64,000 nt of DNA, from assembly GCA_964594835.1 (NCBI GenBank), contig CAZQNA010000006.1, forward strand, positions 64,001 through 128,000. The letters are read 5' to 3'. Within the stretch, counting starts at the first letter, position 1. Every line of letters starts with the position of its first letter. The notes below the pieces were generated by a model that saw nothing but the letters and a program-made list of their open reading frames with translations, did not search any database and was not told where the DNA came from. Source of the DNA: an uncultured Nitrososphaerota archaeon. GTDB taxonomy: Archaea; Korarchaeota; Korarchaeia; Korarchaeales; Korarchaeaceae. This document shows positions 63,795 through 64,000 of this stretch, in pieces. The position numbers and the translations under genes were made by a program.

Positions 63795-64000
63795 CCCGTC
63801 GCCCCCCGCGCCAGGCCGCCTGAGAGGCTCTCGGCCGGCTGCCGAGAGGGCGGTGCTAGGCCTCAGCCTGCTCCTCGCGCTGGCCGCCTCGTGCTGGGCC
63901 GTCTCGTCCGCGTGGAGCCCTCCCCCCGGGCCCAGGCTCGGCGGCCCGTCCCGGCTCCACCCGCTCGGCACCGACCCGGCCGGGTACGATGCGCTCTGGC
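63787..64000 (+). CDS. ABC transporter permease (DppC/NikC-like), 3'-truncated by the window edge
   Basis: ATG at 63787, TM helix, then PS..HPLGTD..G.D motif. Confidence 0.85.
   Translation, partial: MASPSPPAPGRLRGSRPAAERAVLGLSLLLALAASCWAVSSAWSPPPGPRLGGPSRLHPLGTDPAGYDALW

Noticed and set aside
74-63971. Numerous long overlapping or antisense ORFs rich in Arg/Gly/Pro
   Set aside because: These are shadow ORFs expected in high-GC DNA. They overlap well-supported genes and lack motifs.

Overview
GC-rich (about 65-70% by eye) archaeal chromosomal segment, judged from AGG/ATA codon bias, GGAGGTG Shine-Dalgarno sites, BRE/TATA promoters and TTG/GTG starts. A TACK lineage such as Korarchaeia is an inference only. 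It holds about 65 CDSs and no rRNA, tRNA, CRISPR array, integrase or transposase that I could recognise. Housekeeping blocks: a decayed copB copper locus; a sulfur-relay/Fe-S block (iscS-iscU-tusA-like, tatA, sufS, thiI); class II ribonucleotide reductase with cobO; three toxin-antitoxin pairs; Rieske/cytochrome b converging on sdhCAB; pilin-like genes; and a peptide/nickel ABC operon. The most unusual region is 32.0-36.4 kb. There, five proteins share a helical 'G(K/E/R)ISExxY' module, one of them is a CdvA-like coiled-coil protein, and a perfect 131-bp inverted repeat makes a 2.15-kb block potentially invertible. Other highlights are an AT-rich synonymous patch at the RNR catalytic NPCGE motif, recurrent CTG start codons, a DUF72-SWIM / primase-polymerase / IrrE-like repair cluster, and a membrane-anchored chelatase-like AAA+-vWA protein.
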